Source: an uncultured Gammaproteobacteria bacterium (GTDB taxonomy: Bacteria; Patescibacteriota; Microgenomatia; UBA10105; UBA927). From it: DNA of 64,000 nt. A program made the position numbers and the translations under genes. Below are positions 39,901 to 54,900 of this stretch, one piece after another; position 1 is the first letter of the stretch; each line of letters opens with the position of its first letter. The notes below the pieces were generated by a model that was not told where the DNA came from, did no database searches, and saw only the letters and a program-made list of their open reading frames with translations. The stretch is taken from NCBI GenBank assembly GCA_964356315.1, contig CAYHHA010000003.1, positions 12,010 to 76,009 of the forward strand. The letters run 5' to 3'.

Positions 39901-42900
39901 AACCAAATCAAATGCAATTATATTAGCGTTTGAATTATCAAAATCCGATGGCTTAAACTCTGGTTTTACTAACTCATCAAATAGTTGCGCGATGTCTTTG
40001 GTCAGAGTATCCGGTATTTGCGTGCCATAATCTCGAAGCGCTATTTCAACGTTTCTAAGTAATTCAGCATGTTCGATTCGATTTGTTGGGACAAGAACAG
40101 CACCTTCTTTATCGGTATTCATTGCACCTGCATAGACAGCTGATACGTCTGACCCAAAGACCTGTTTTACATTGCCTAACGCCTTCTGCACCGAATCTGC
40201 ATACCCTACATTTTCAACAGGTTGCGTTCGACTGATTTCCTGCTGTAACTTATCCAACGCTTCAGAAATTGGTTGAGCTTTTTCTATAACAGGATTTGTG
40301 GCAACTTCAAGCTGTCTGTTCCAGAGAGCAAATGTTTCAGCAGGAATACTTCCATCTGGTGTCTTTTGCACATTCTCTATGACAGTCAACGGAAGGTCGT
40401 GTAGAACCTGGTCATTCATCAAAGACACCACCAAAAGTGATTCCTGATCATTAGAAGCGGTGAGAATAGCAGTGATACTTTTCACCAGCGCGTCTATAGC
40501 AATGGAATCTGCGGATCCACTCATATACCCACCGTTTCTCTGCATTGTTTGAGAGTATAGTGACGCAATGATTCTGGCATAGTGCTTTGACTGAAGATCT
40601 GCAGGAAGAATGCTGAGTCCTACCCTCTGTATGCCTTCCACTTCACGGGTAAATGATTCCTGCTTATCATCCCGACCCGACAACTTTGCCACCTGTGCTG
40701 ACAGGTCGGTGACTTGCTGTATGCGCGAGAGGTTTGCCACTAGAGGCGCCTGATTTTTCAAACCATTGAGGACTCCAGTAAGCATCTTGTCCATAAACTC
40801 GAGTTCTCCTTTTTGAAGATTTTTACCTAAACGATCTTGGACATGGATCTCGACATAGGTTAGAAACGCCTGTAAATCACCAAGTGATTTTTTCGTTAGA
40901 TTTATTTGCGCGAATGCTTTGAATTTGTCTTTTCCCTTGACCAAGGGCATTACCACAGTCTTCAAAAATGCAGAGGCTTGTATGTCTAATGCTTCTCTTT
41001 TGCCTGCATCATATTGCTCCTGCATTGCAGCTTCCAATTCCGTTTCAGTCCAATATGTTGAAGCTTCGTCTTTCGACTTTTTTGGTTTGGCGGTATTCGT
41101 GACATTCAGTTGAAACAGTTTCAACTGTGATTCAACAGACGTAGTATCAGAAGCACCTACTTTATTTCTAACTGGAGGCAAATCACCACCGGTTTTCCCT
41201 GCTTCATACGCTACCTCAAGAGTTTTTGCTATGACTCCCCGCGCTCCCCGCTGTCGTATAAATCTCGGGTTTGTAAAATCATCACCCTCAAACATGGCCA
41301 TTTCGTTGTAGTTGGATAGTAGTATCCCAAGGAGTCCCGCGTGTTCTTTGTTTCCAAATAGAAATGCATCTGCCTGTGCTATTTCCTCCGGAATTTTAAG
41401 CACATCGGTAAAAAATGTAGAAAACGTACTTTTCCATTGTTTTTTAGCTTCATCCTTCGATCCTGAGCTGATAAACTGTGCAAATAAAGTCGCCAATTGT
41501 TTGCCGTTATCCGTAGAGATATCCCGTAATGCATCCACGACCGTATAGAGAGATGTCACTACATCCTCAGACCACATCGGAGCCGGTACAAACCCGATCA
41601 TAAGAGACATAGCCTGCAGATATTGTTTCGCTACCACTGGGTCTACATCTTTTGCTTCCAGAAAACTCCCAATCATATCCGCATTTTTAGGATCAATGAG
41701 AGCTGCTGCCAGCTCTGATTGATTTTTACTATTTACCTCCAACATTCCGGATGCTCCCTCTATCAACACATATAACTGAATATATGTCGCACGATTTAAC
41801 GGTTCCCCCGGAGTCGGCAGTGAACTTGCTGCGAAGGCAAACTGCTGTTTACCCGTCAGACTCAACGACGGCGTCGCTGATCCAAGTGACCTCGTACCCT
41901 TTAAGAACGTTTGAAACCAATCTATAGCACCATCAGTAGTATTCACAACTGTGTACCATGGAGCATCTGTAAGAGTGTTTAGGGCATAGGTCAGCGCTTG
42001 ATTTGGCGCACAGGATGTAGCTTGGGCATATACCACAGGAAGTATATGAATACCAACCTCACACCCAATACCGGACCGAGCCACTAGATCACCAATACGG
42101 GTACGCTTTCGTGCTGAAAATTCATCTCCCCCATCCATCATCGCCTGAAATTGAGTAGGTAAGTACGTACGGACAGATGTTTTTGTATTTGATGGACCTC
42201 CACCTCCAGCTAGAGGAGATTTGAATGAATTTCTGATATCTTTAGTGGCTTGAGGGGCAATGGCCACAGCCATAGTTCTCGCAGCATCCATGTCTCCGAA
42301 TAGAACCTGTAAAAGTTGTTCTTCCTGTGCACCAACAGTAATATTGAGAGTAATATGTCTCCATTCATCGCCGGCAATAATTGCTTGAATATGCCCTGAC
42401 ACCATTAGTGATAATCTAGATGGACTTTGCGAGTTTACTGATATATATGCCCCTCTTCGTTTCTTATTTATAGGATCAGGTGATGATAATTCAGCCTGTA
42501 TCGCCACTATGATAGATCGTGCGATTTCTCGTACGGATGGATCAAGTCCAATTGTGGTAAAGGCTTTTTCTATGTCATCATTTGGCGCTTTTGTTGAGGC
42601 TGTCGATTTTGTCACCGCGGGTTTTGTTTGCGCTTGTTTAAGTGGAGCTTGAGATTGTACTTTCTCGGCTGCAGGCTTTTTCTTATCAGCCGTTGCAGCA
42701 AACATCTGTGCCTGAAAACTCTTTGCCAGTAGTTTCATCTGTGCATCCGTGTTTGGTGGGAATTTTTTGGTATCAAGTAATTTTTTGTAAATATTATTAG
42801 TGACATTTGTGCTGTCCGGTTTCCAACCAGCACTGTTTGCTCTTTGTTGAATAAATTGTCTAATCGCTACACTATCTCTTACTCCAACAGTGGCGGCAAG

Positions 42901-45900
42901 AAGTTGTGCCTGTAGCGTAGGTTCCTTTGTAATTGTGGCTATGATAGTTTCCAATTCCGTCTCGGCATTAGTAGCGGTTGACGTCGAAGCACTCGATGAC
43001 GGCTGCGTGTTTGTCGTCCGATTTGCGACAGTTGTAGCTGTGAGCAGTAAGTTTCCTTCAGCATCAAAGGAAACAGTAAATGCATCATGGCGGGTATTTC
43101 CAAACCGTATCTCATCTCCGGCTTTAAGGATCTGAGGTTTTGTAAACTCTCTTCCGTTGATTGCAACATCTTCAGATGATGCTTTGTTTATAAACCATTC
43201 GCGTTTATCTGGATTTCGGTCCAAATCATACTGATTTGATATCTCCATATTCCCAGATATCACCCGAATATGGGCATTTTCGGTGCTATTCATCTTGAGA
43301 GATTTTGCCGTTCCGCCGAACATTGATTGTTGTAATCTGTATATGACTCCTGCTTGTGGAACTACACGTGATTCAGGCACTATTTCTGTGGTTTTTGCCA
43401 AAGAGGCATCGAACTCGGCTTGTTTTTGTGCATATGCTGCAAGCACCGGGGTAAGGATTTGTGGATTGATCAATCTAAAGTAGTTCACTCCTCCTACTGC
43501 CACTTCTCCGGTTGGAGAACCTGTTCGCTCATAGTCCCCCACTGTTTGACCGGAAAATGGCATCGTCTGTGTTATTGTATTGTTTCTGTTATATCCAATC
43601 GTTCCGCCTGTTACCGTTCCCTTAAATGTCTTAAAGCCATTCTCTTCTTTTACAAACACCTCTAAGCTCGTATTTACTGTCTGATATAGCGTTATACGAG
43701 TACTACTCATTTGATTACTAAAGGTTCTGTACAAAGGATTTTGGTTTATGTTGAGTGCTGCATCCCTAAACCAAAGTTGTCGGATAGCAACGAGTGAAGA
43801 GAACTCATCACGAGATCGAATCTGATAGTTGCCTAAAAATTCTAGTGCTGCATTTGCAATCGCAGGCTGTACTACATCAGCATTGGAGAGATTCAAAACT
43901 AACGTAATTTTCTGTGCATCAGTGACAAGTTTTGATTTCAGAGCATTCACAATCTGCTCTTGATTGCCTGCTACATTTGGCTGAGCGGGGGCGGATTGAG
44001 CTGCCACATTTTTCTCTTCAAACAAATCAAATCCACCATTTGCTGACCGTTTAAAATTGATGGTTATAGTATCAATAGTGAATGAGCCAGCATTAGTATT
44101 GTTTAGTGAAAAAACAAATGGACGCAGTGTCGATGTTACGGGAACATTATTAACCCTATGAGAACCGATTGAACCAACCGTTAGATTTTCACTCGTCGTG
44201 CTCGCTTCAACTGAAACGAGTGGATCTGTAGTCTCTAAACGATTTGCACGAATTTCCATTTTTCCATTATTCATCCAAAGATAATATGACTTACCATCCT
44301 TTGGAATAGTGCCGATTGATACTTCCTGTTTGACAGTTGAATCCGACGCTTGAGCTTGTGATGCGGGGGCATCACTTTTTGGCGGCGCTGTAGTTATACC
44401 AACATAGACAATTTTCTCGTCATCGCCTTTTCGCAATATAAATGCCTGGAATTCATTTACTTCGGCTTTCGTCTTTGCGTTTAGCTCATCAAGGGTAGAT
44501 TGTTTAATCACCGGCCCGAGGGTGGAAGATTGCGGAAAAAGTTGAGAGGCAACGAGCATCTTCATGTCCCTCTGCGCGCTTATCAAAATTTCTTGAGAAT
44601 TATAAAAATATCCATCGGTCACTGAGGAAAAGTACTCCGCAATTTTTTTCTTATCTCCACCAAACGCTTCTACATAGGCTTCGATTACTGGTGAAAAATT
44701 ACTAGAGAGAGCCATCTTATATAATTCTGATCTTTTTATAGGATCAGTCCAATCAAATTTTCCAGAAGTTTTCAATCGCTCAAGCACGCGGGCTAAACCG
44801 ATCGCTCCACCCCAATACTTTGAACTTTTTTCTATTTGCTCTGTGGGTAATCCTATTTTTTTTGCGTAAAGATACTGAAGTGCAGTCACGACGATCTCTT
44901 GGGACTCTGAATCAATTGGCATCCAATATGATTCTGTCGTGGAAGCATCGCGAAGTGCAGATATCTTCAAATGAAGTTTTTCATGAAAAAGTGTTAAGGC
45001 TTTATCCTGATCTGTTGTATCAGTCCGTGCTAAATTTAATGCGCCACCACCTTGCACATGAGCTTTATCACTATCTTCTTTACGAAATACGATAATATCG
45101 TTTATCGGATCTGAAACACTGTTTTCATCATATACATACGATGAATTTTCTTGTTGTAGTAGTTTGATAAGTGTTTCTTTCGTTTGGATTGGCAAATCAT
45201 ATTTTAGTGCCTCTTTTGCAACAACTGCAGAAATAACTTCTTTCAGATCTGAATCCGTAAGTGTTTTAAGAGCAAATGAATTGTTTTTAGAGCCAAGTAT
45301 GTATTCCAAACTTACGCTAATTGCATCTGCCTCATGAGGAGCTAAAAACCCAGGAAATTCAGTATTAACTTTTATAATCGCATCCCCTATATTGTTTATT
45401 CTATTATCCAAGGCAACAAGCACATGTATTGTGTATCGAGCAATTTTATTTTTCTGAGCCTCAGTAAGATTCGAATATGTTGAAAGAATGCTAGTAATTT
45501 GAGCACGCATTTCATCAGTTATGATGACAAAGTCTGCTTCAGACCTCGCAAGTTTTTGCGTGAGCAATTCTTTTGCAGTTCTCTCTTCCTCTTTCATCCC
45601 CTGTACAATCAGCTCGAGATCGGAAGAACTAGGAACTTGGGATGTTTTAAGATCTTCCTGGACTATTTTCAACACATCACGCACTTCCACCATTTTGTTA
45701 CCAGCGCCAAGCGGGATTATGGACGCGCTTACAAGTGCTTTAAGAATATCTACATTTCCCGCCTTCTGAACCGCTCTAATCGCCCTTGCGAGAGATCCAA
45801 TTGCAGTCTTTGTATTTTTCAAATCTACCTGTCCTACTTTTTGTATCTGACCCAGTGCTGTTACTGCTTCTCTCACTCTTGTGACATCACGATCCTTCAG

Positions 45901-48900
45901 AGCGTCCGTTAAATCGGATAGTAACGTTTTAAAATCAACATCGACGACTGGCGCAGCAATAACTACCACTACTGGCTTCTGCGCGTTTGCCGGAGGCGTT
46001 GGAACTGGTGTTAAATAATACATCTTCGCACCTTTGTAATATGCTTCAATAGTCGCCGTCTCAGTCAGGGCCATTCCGTTGTATTTAAATAATCCATATA
46101 CCGTATCATCTCCCACATGAAATGTGCCTGATACAACATCATAGACACCATAATCTTCTAAAAACTGTAGTAGAGAGCTAACAGACCGATATTCCACCCG
46201 AGATCCTAAGTCTACCGCAATCACCAGATCCTTCCCTGCACTTTTGGTTAACCACGCCTGCATCGTACGTTTAAATTCAGCGAAGTTTGAAAATACAAGC
46301 GGAGCTTCAGAAGTGACCACCTCATACTCGGGTTGTTTAATAAAAACTGCCGTTGACAGGCGATTTTTTCCTGCCTGTATCTCATTTATCGCATATTGAA
46401 TTTCTTCTGGAGTATTTGAATGTTTTGCGACAGCTACATCAAGTATTGTTTTACGCGCTTTCAAATTGATAAAGCTTTCTCTCAACTCCTGTACATTCGC
46501 GCTATTTTCAAAACCAAACTCAGTCAATACCTTCAAAAATGGATCTGAAACTCCCAATACTGCATTTATATACGTCAAGTCGTTAGACTTTTTCAGAGAA
46601 TCAATACTCACCTTCAATTCCGTGATCATCAATGCAAATTCGTTTACATTCCCCTTACTAATTTCTATTGAATGATTCTTATACACATCTGCAAATGGAT
46701 TTTGCGATCGAATCGTTTTCTGGATATGACCGTCCAACCTTTTATACAGAATAGGCCGTAATTCATCTAGGGATTTCCATTTTTCAATAACCGGCTTTAG
46801 CGTCATGACAATTGCATCGATATTCGCTTCGTCTCGAATCTTGCCAAACGCATCTATAACCTGTTTCACAAATGAATCAGCTTGAGGCTGAGCATTAAAT
46901 GTTGACACAGCGCTCTCCCATGAAGCAATAGACAAAGCTGTCGCAGTCTTCACCGCGGCCGCAAGTGCAACTGTATCAGTGGTGGTATTGGCATTCTGCA
47001 ATGCGGTTAGTAATTCATTAAATACCGCTTGAGCAACAGAGGATTGACTCTCCCCCGTCGCATTGATCGCTTTTAATTTCTTATTCAATTGGGCTACCGT
47101 TTTGTTGAAATCAGTTATTTTCTTCACAATGCTTGTAAATGGATGAACACCAGTCCACTCAGATTGAATAATTGAGGCAATCTGCCCGAACCATACTAAT
47201 TCATCTGCAGCTGTTCTAGTTCTAAGTGTTCTTTGCAGTTCACGGGTAAAGAGTGTTAGGTATTTCTGTATCACTTTTCGAGCGTCGCCAACACTGGAAT
47301 CTGCGGTAATTGTAGATAAGAGATCAAGTAACGCTTGATCTTTTGTGTTTGCCTTAAGAGCGTCGATTGCTCTGTTCATGTCCGCTAAATCCTTTGCATT
47401 TGCTAGCATATCCTTTGAATATGAAGTTATTTCTTTGGATGTATATCCAAGCTGTGTAAGAATTGCTTCGTATGAGGCTATAACTTGTGCTGTTTCGAAA
47501 TTTGGATCAGCATATAAGCCTACATACAACTCTCTTAATGTCATAGGATCTATCGTTTCCTCTATTAAATCTGTAAGTGCTCCAGTAGCTTTTTGTGCGA
47601 GAGCAAGTGCCTCAGGATTTTCAGCATCGCGATCCTCGTCTTTTACCATAGCGCTGATAAGCATTGAGGTAGGGCTTTGTATATCTCCTGTAATGACTGC
47701 TACTTCTGCTGAAATATCCCTAATAGTTTCAATAACATATGATTTTCTCTCGCTTGGTCCTGCCGGTAGCTGGTGAAGTCTTATGTATGCTGCTGCTATC
47801 ACTCCAACATAATCATTTGCCTGAATATATTCTTCAGGAATGTTGATGCCAAGTTTTTCCAGATCTTGTAACAGATCTTTGTATAACCGTATTGCCCAGG
47901 CTTTGTTTCTTTTTTCCTTGAGAGACGCAATAGACTGTGTTAACTTCGTGGTTCGGGAAATCACATCGTATACTGGTAATTGTGTCTTTAGGTCAGTCTG
48001 AATTGAATAAAGAACCTGCGACCAGAAAGATAGTGTTTGGCGGTCTACCTGTGCGCCTCGAGTATTTTGCTCAGCTTCACGTACAACAACTTTCACCAGT
48101 TCTGCAATTCCTTTCACACCCGTGGATTGCGCGCTATTTATAAGTTTTGCAACTGCGGCAGGTACATTCCCTTCAAATGCCGGGAGAAGTGTTTGTTGTA
48201 TAAATTCATTTACTCGTGCGATCTCACCATTTTCTTTTCCGAGCGCGTATTGAGTGCTTAGTTCTGTGCGAAGCGATGCTGCTGTCCAACGTGTTTTTGC
48301 TCCAATACGATGCACATCGGTAAGCTGAACTCCCAATGCATTTAACCGTTTGTTAAGCTTTTCGATTGTATCAGAAGCCTGTTTGACGCCATCATACCCC
48401 TGCTTTTCTACATCACTAAGACTCATCGCAATTACATGATGAACTACATTCATTTTCTGATTGGCTATATATGCTCGAAGCGGTGCAACACGACCTCGAA
48501 GAGAGATAAGTGTGTTATCTGTCTCTATCCTTTTGAGATCTGCTTCAATACGGGCCGGAGTGTCGGATAGGAACCATGCCTCATCCAGATCTTCTGTTTC
48601 TATGCTCTGCATAATTGCGCTTAGAATAGTGCGATCCATTTGAGCCTTTCCCAAGCGGGCATTGAGAGTGGTTATGAAAGTTTTTGTGGTTTGTGCAACC
48701 CAAAACGAACGCACAGCTTCAGGAATTGCTTTACCGTCAAATTTCGCGGCTTTAGCAACTGCTGTTAGTTGAGTTACGGCTTCTGTATATGGATCATCGG
48801 CAGCCAAAAACGCTGTTTCAACTTCTTCCCGTTTGCGGGCAAGCGCACCTACCATTGCTCTATCCATGCCATTTGCTTTTGTTTTTGCGGCTTCGAATAC

Positions 48901-51900
48901 TTTCTTATACACACCAACGCTATCTGCGTCATCATCAGCTAAATTCGGCCTTCCGGAAATAAAATCCAACATGCCTACGGTTGCATTGCGGGATCCCTGT
49001 TCTTCACGCAAAATATTTAACAATAAATCTGCTTCGTTGATAGGATCAGCAAAAAAGTTGACGAATGCAGTGCGTTTTTCCTCAACTGTTGCGGACTGCA
49101 ACTCTATCTTTTTATTGTGTCGCATGTAGAGGATGGTAAACAAAAGTTCTTTCGCTGTAAGATTCCCCATATAGCGTATATCTACTCTCCAAGTTGGATT
49201 CTCTAGGCCATCAACTCCTGCAAGAAGACTAGATATACCGGCATTAAATGTTCTTCCATCACCATATGGATACGCGCGGAGTGCAGAGACATCCACAAAT
49301 TGTTTTGCAGAACTTAGTAGTATAGAGCCGTCTCTGAGTGCAAGTTGGATGCCTTTAAGTACTTGTTTGATATACTCTACACGATCCGCAGGTGTCAGAT
49401 CGTTTGCCAGTGCAGCTCGCACGATAAGCTCTGCCCAATAAGGTTGTTCTGCTTTTTTGGTGTCCACAGGCAGGTTTAATAGAGCGTCTTTCAATAATGC
49501 TACTACCACTGGGTCGTTCAGAGCAGCAAGAGCTGCATTAAACACGCCTTCTGTTGTTCCATTTTCCTTGGCCACTTTTTCTACTATCTTTGGAAAATCG
49601 CCTTTGGCGGGAGTTATGCCTGTGTTAGATGCAAAGGCGCTCGACAATACTTCCTCTACCTCTACTTTCGGATCCTTTTGCACGGGTGCAAAAAAGAGCA
49701 TATACGCAAAACCCGTATCATCATTTATCATTCTCGTAAATTCTGCCAACGTGAAATCTCGGGCGACATTTAATCGTTGATCCCAACCTAATATTTTTTT
49801 GTTTACTCCATCATATCCATAGAGAAGCATTGCATGATTTTCTCCTGGGACGCCGAAGGTAGCTACCCCTCCCCTACGGAATGTTTCCATGAGTGCAGGG
49901 ATTGACCTGCTGTTTACTCCCCTATTTCTATCCGATAACGTATCTATTTTTTCACCATAGAGTTCCTCCACAACATGTGTTGCCGTCTGCATCATAAAAC
50001 CGACAGGATCAGCTGCTGAGTACGCGTTGGGATCAGGCTTGTTTGTCGTACCAAATTGAATTTCTATCGCTTTATTTATAAGCTCCGCTTCACCATTTTT
50101 TGGCAATGGGATTTCCGGATTATTCTGATTCAATATAATAATCGCATTTTGAAGAGATGCCGTGACACACGATGAAAAATTACAATTTCTCAAAACTGGG
50201 TTTCTCCCACCATTGTACATCTGTGGTTTCATTTCAGATGGTCGCAGTAATTTAGGACCTATGACAGTAGTTGGCAACTGCCCACTCGCCAAATATCGTG
50301 TGTTGATAAGTGAGATCGCATCGTTGGACGATCCGAATAGACTTCCAGAACTATGAAGCGCATAGGCGAGACTCGGAATTCCGGTAAATTCTACGGTCTT
50401 ATATTCAGGCTCTTTCTTTTTCGCTTCCGCTATATCATGACGAATATTTTGAATCTGAGTTTTGGCATACTTTTGAGCGCCAACTTTTGCTTTTGGATTG
50501 ATTCCAACTATGCCGTCCACAATTTTTTGTATTTCTGCCTCTGCCGTATAGGTAAAGTTAGATTGAATACCTGCTTCCGCAGACTGAAGTGCTTCAGACA
50601 TAAAATCAACACCGAATGAGAGTACTTGTCCAGCTGCTTTTTGGAAAAATCCGTAGGATATGTCGGTAAATTCACTTTCGGTAAATAGAAGTGTTCCACT
50701 ACTGAGATATATAGGAACATAAAAATCAAAAGATAATGCAGCATCGATTGCGGTGTCTAAATCAGCGCGATCGTTTATGATAATCGCACGGACAGCAGTG
50801 GCTGGAACACCAATTGAGGCAATAAAATCTTTGGAATCTGAGACCTGCCCTGCGCTTCTCTGTTGCATCGTCTGGTCGTCAAAATCCATGACCAGCGTGA
50901 CGCGTTTTTCTGCTGCAGTGCTAACACCATATTCTTTTGCTTTTGTTCTATTTATCACATCTATCGGCGTATCTTTTTGGAAAATTTGTCCCGGCTTTGA
51001 CATAAATACTGCATTTGGGATAGTCCCTACACTTCCGTAATAATCCGCTGCTAGGACACCATATTCACCCTTGTCTGATACCTGAGCCAGCGGGACACCG
51101 TGAAGTACTACATTTCCCGTTCCTTTTTGATCAAAGAGATTATTTTCCGCCACTAGTTGGACATTTCGGTCGTGAGCCTTCTGTACCGCTGCCGGGTCAT
51201 GACTTTGGTTTGCAATCACAAGTGCTTCGTCTATAAACAATTTTTCCAGGTTACCGTTATAGTCACTTACCTGTTTGTTACTTGGTAGTGAACGGATCGT
51301 GCTTTGACTCTGCATTGCTGTAGATCCCGATTGTGCAGCGCGTACCAGTTGTCGTATGGCATCCTCGCGTGGATCCCCAAAAACAAGACCAACTTTCTTC
51401 GTAGGAGCAGCTACTCCACGAGCGGCATCTAGAACACTTCGCAGATCCTTCAGTGATTGATTTACTCCCTTAACCGGGAATGCTGCATTCGCAAATTCGT
51501 TTGCAACAAAGGCTATCATACTGACACGTTTTGTGCTCTGCAGTGCTGTGATAGCATCTGTTATCTTTAGTACTCTTGGGGCATACTTTAGACCCACTGT
51601 TTTCCATTGTTGTGGAGATAATCTGGCAAGTGTGGTGAGCGCAGTCTGCGCCTTTTTCACATCTGGAGCTTTCCCGCTTTCAATAGCACTTTGCAGGTCT
51701 TTGAGAGCTTTTGCATATTCTTTTTCGGTAACGTCTGCCGGTTGAGATTGTTTTTTCCAAATCATAGATTTTCCATGCCAATCCCCACTTCTCATATCTC
51801 CTGATCTCAGTGCCAGCGCAAATCCAAATTTCTCGTACATAGAGACGAGCACATCTATATCTGCCTCATCCAATATTGTTCCCTTAGCTATCGGCAAACC

Positions 51901-54900
51901 ACTTGGCACTGCCTGAAGTGTGATTTCTTGAAATAACTCCTGTGCTTTTTTGATCATTGTTGTTGCAATATCCTGCCCCTGATAGTCCGGATGCACGATC
52001 ATCCTATCTGCTTCTGCCTTTTTTCCATTTGAATCTGTTGTATGGAGAGTCAAAAATCCGACTAATTCATTGCTATCATTGCGTACTGTGATTACGTGGG
52101 TAGTTTTGTTGTACGCAGGATCGGCTTGATTCCAATTTTCCAACGGATTCGCATCAGCAATAGATTGTTTAAATGCTTTAATTTCGTCGATGAGTGATGA
52201 AATATTACTTTTCTTCGTTTCAACGACAGGATTTATGTTTGTGAGAGTATTTGTACCGGAGGAGCCCGTTGATGATACTTCATATTGTATCCATTGAGGC
52301 TGACCGCTTGTATCAAGCCCTGCAAAATATAGATATACTGGCTCAGCCAGTTCGGATGACTCAATTTTCACGAGAGGTGTTTCCCCACCTGTTTTAGTTT
52401 GAATACTTGCACGCTCACGGTCAACATTAAATGAACCACCTGAAGGCGTGTTTGTAGCCTCAAATACTCCATTGGCTCTTTTGAAGTATGTGGCAGTATA
52501 TGCGGTCACTCCTGAAAAAATACTGGTAAATTGATCTGATGTAACCAGTCCTTTGTCAACAAGTGTCGGACCATTCTTTATCGTGATTTGTTGTGGGGTA
52601 TTTTTTTGAACTGTTGCTAATTTCTTATTCAACTTCGTTACGGTTTTGTTGAAATCTACGATCTTTTTCACAATGCTTGTAAATGGATGAACACCAGTCC
52701 ACTCAGATTGAATAATTGAGGCAATCTGCCCGAACCATACTAATTCATCTGCAGCTGTTCTAGTTCTAAGTGTTCTTTGCAGTTCACGGGTAAAGAGTGT
52801 TAGGTATTTCTGTATCACTTTTCGAGCGTCGCCAACACTGGAATCTGCGGTAATTGTAGATAAGAGATCAAGTAACGCTTGATCTTTTGTGTTTGCCTTA
52901 AGAGCGTCGATTGCTCTGTTCATGTCCGCTAAATCCTTTGCATTTGCTAGCATATCCTTTGAATATGAAGTTATTTCTTTGGATGTATATCCAAGCTGTG
53001 TAAGAATTGCTTCGTATGAGGCTATAACTTGTGCTGTTTCGAAATTTGGATCAGCATATAAGCCTACATACAACTCTCTTAATGTCATAGGATCTATCGT
53101 TTCCTCTATTAAATCTGTAAGTGCTCCAGTAGCTTTTTGTGCGAGAGCAAGTGCCTCAGGATTTTCAGAGAGAAGTGTTTCGAGTTCTTGATATCTTGGT
53201 AAGAGATCTTGTACTGTTTGTTGCAACTCCTCTACTGTCGATATCGTTCCATATTGTTTGTTTAGCTGCTCAATCTCTTGATTGGTCTTTTCCAACACTG
53301 CTGCATCATATAGAGACTGTGCCTGATCTAATAATTTTGAATTTGCCAGAGAAATAGCACGAGGTGTAACACCAACTTCTTTCCATTTTAGAAGCTCTGC
53401 TTTTTCTATGGTGCCGTCATACTCAGGATCATTTTCCCACGCGGCTGCAATATCTGTAGCATATGCTGTGACTGTGGAGGCAAACACTTCGCCCCGCAAT
53501 TTGGTAAATGCAGCATTTGCTTCATCCACCTGACGCTGCATCTTAGCTGTATTTATATCTCTTTGAACGATAGCTCCAATTAGGGCACTGGCATCCTTAA
53601 ATCCTTCAAGGGTTATGTCTGGTTGTGCGAGAATTTGTGATACTTCACCAAGCGCTTCGGTTACGCGAGTTTTTGCCTCATTTTGTTTTGTTGGCACCAG
53701 TGGCTTTAACAATCCCTGCAATTTTCTTAAGCCTTCTTTGAGTCCATTTGGAGCTATACCAATCAGACGAGAAATTTCCTGTTCCAATGGTATTGCCCTA
53801 TCTACCTTAAGATTATTATTTGCGATGGTCATTTGGACTAATTCATAAAGAGCAACGGAGATAACATTATTGATGGTACTATCCGTATAGCTTGGCCCAT
53901 CAAGCAGACCGTCATATTCTGGGAATATTTTGCGCAACTCTGTCAAGATTTCTTGTGCTTTCACAGTAGATGCCACCGATTTTTGTGTTCCTGGAATAAA
54001 CTGTATGACTTTTTTGCCTCCTGGTGCCACCGGTGCCTGTTGGATAACAGGAACAGCTACAGTCTCAGAGGATTTCGGAAGCTTTGATACTCTCATGACA
54101 GCTACAGACACATCATCCGGTGCTTTTGGTCCTCGAGATTCCACTATTGGCTTGATCAGATTAAATATACTTCGTTCTATCTCAAGTGGGCTACTGCCTT
54201 TTCCTGCTTTGACCATGTGTTCTGCGTAGCTTTCTGTCTTGGTGCTATCTTTTGAGAAATATTTATGCAAACCGTCTGATGAGATTAGGATGGTGTCACC
54301 TTCCGTGACCGCAAATGAGGTAATTTTTGCTCCCCAGAATGCGTCGCGGCCGAGCATGTTTGGAATTAGACCCATGGTACCCGTTGATTTCATCGCATAC
54401 ATATCCTGGTACGCTGATGAGCTTGGATAGTCAGGGCCATTTTGTTTTTGTGTCCAGGTATTTACTTCGTCCAGTTCATACACTTTTCCATCACGGCCAA
54501 ACATAATATCTCCATCTCCTACCCGAATGGTAAACACATACCCGGCAGGATGGATAAACGCACCTGTGTATGTGGATGCGCCATCCTCACCAAATTCATC
54601 CATCACTTTTCTGTTTATTTCAAATGCCTGTTGTTCCAGGAAGGACTGCACTTTGTTTAGCGGCAGTTTTTTTGCTTCTGCCTTTACCTCTTCCATCAGA
54701 TCAGCTATATAACGGGCGCCCTCAGGGGAACGCGAGACATGCTTACTTGATACACCGTCAGCGGATCCTATAGATGCCGGTTTTACTGCTATAGCGTCTT
54801 CTCCTGACTTTTTGGACTTTGGTTTGCTTACATGGACTGCAGCGATAACGCCATTTGGCCCGCCTTGTTCCATAGTTATGTTACCCTCCGACTGGTTATC

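Noticed and set aside
46500-46700. Second HEXXH (LTLFHEKLHLKISALRD) in giant B as another metalloprotease
   Set aside because: It is an isolated HEXXH with no flanking zincin-like context, so chance occurrence is likely in a 12,000-residue protein.
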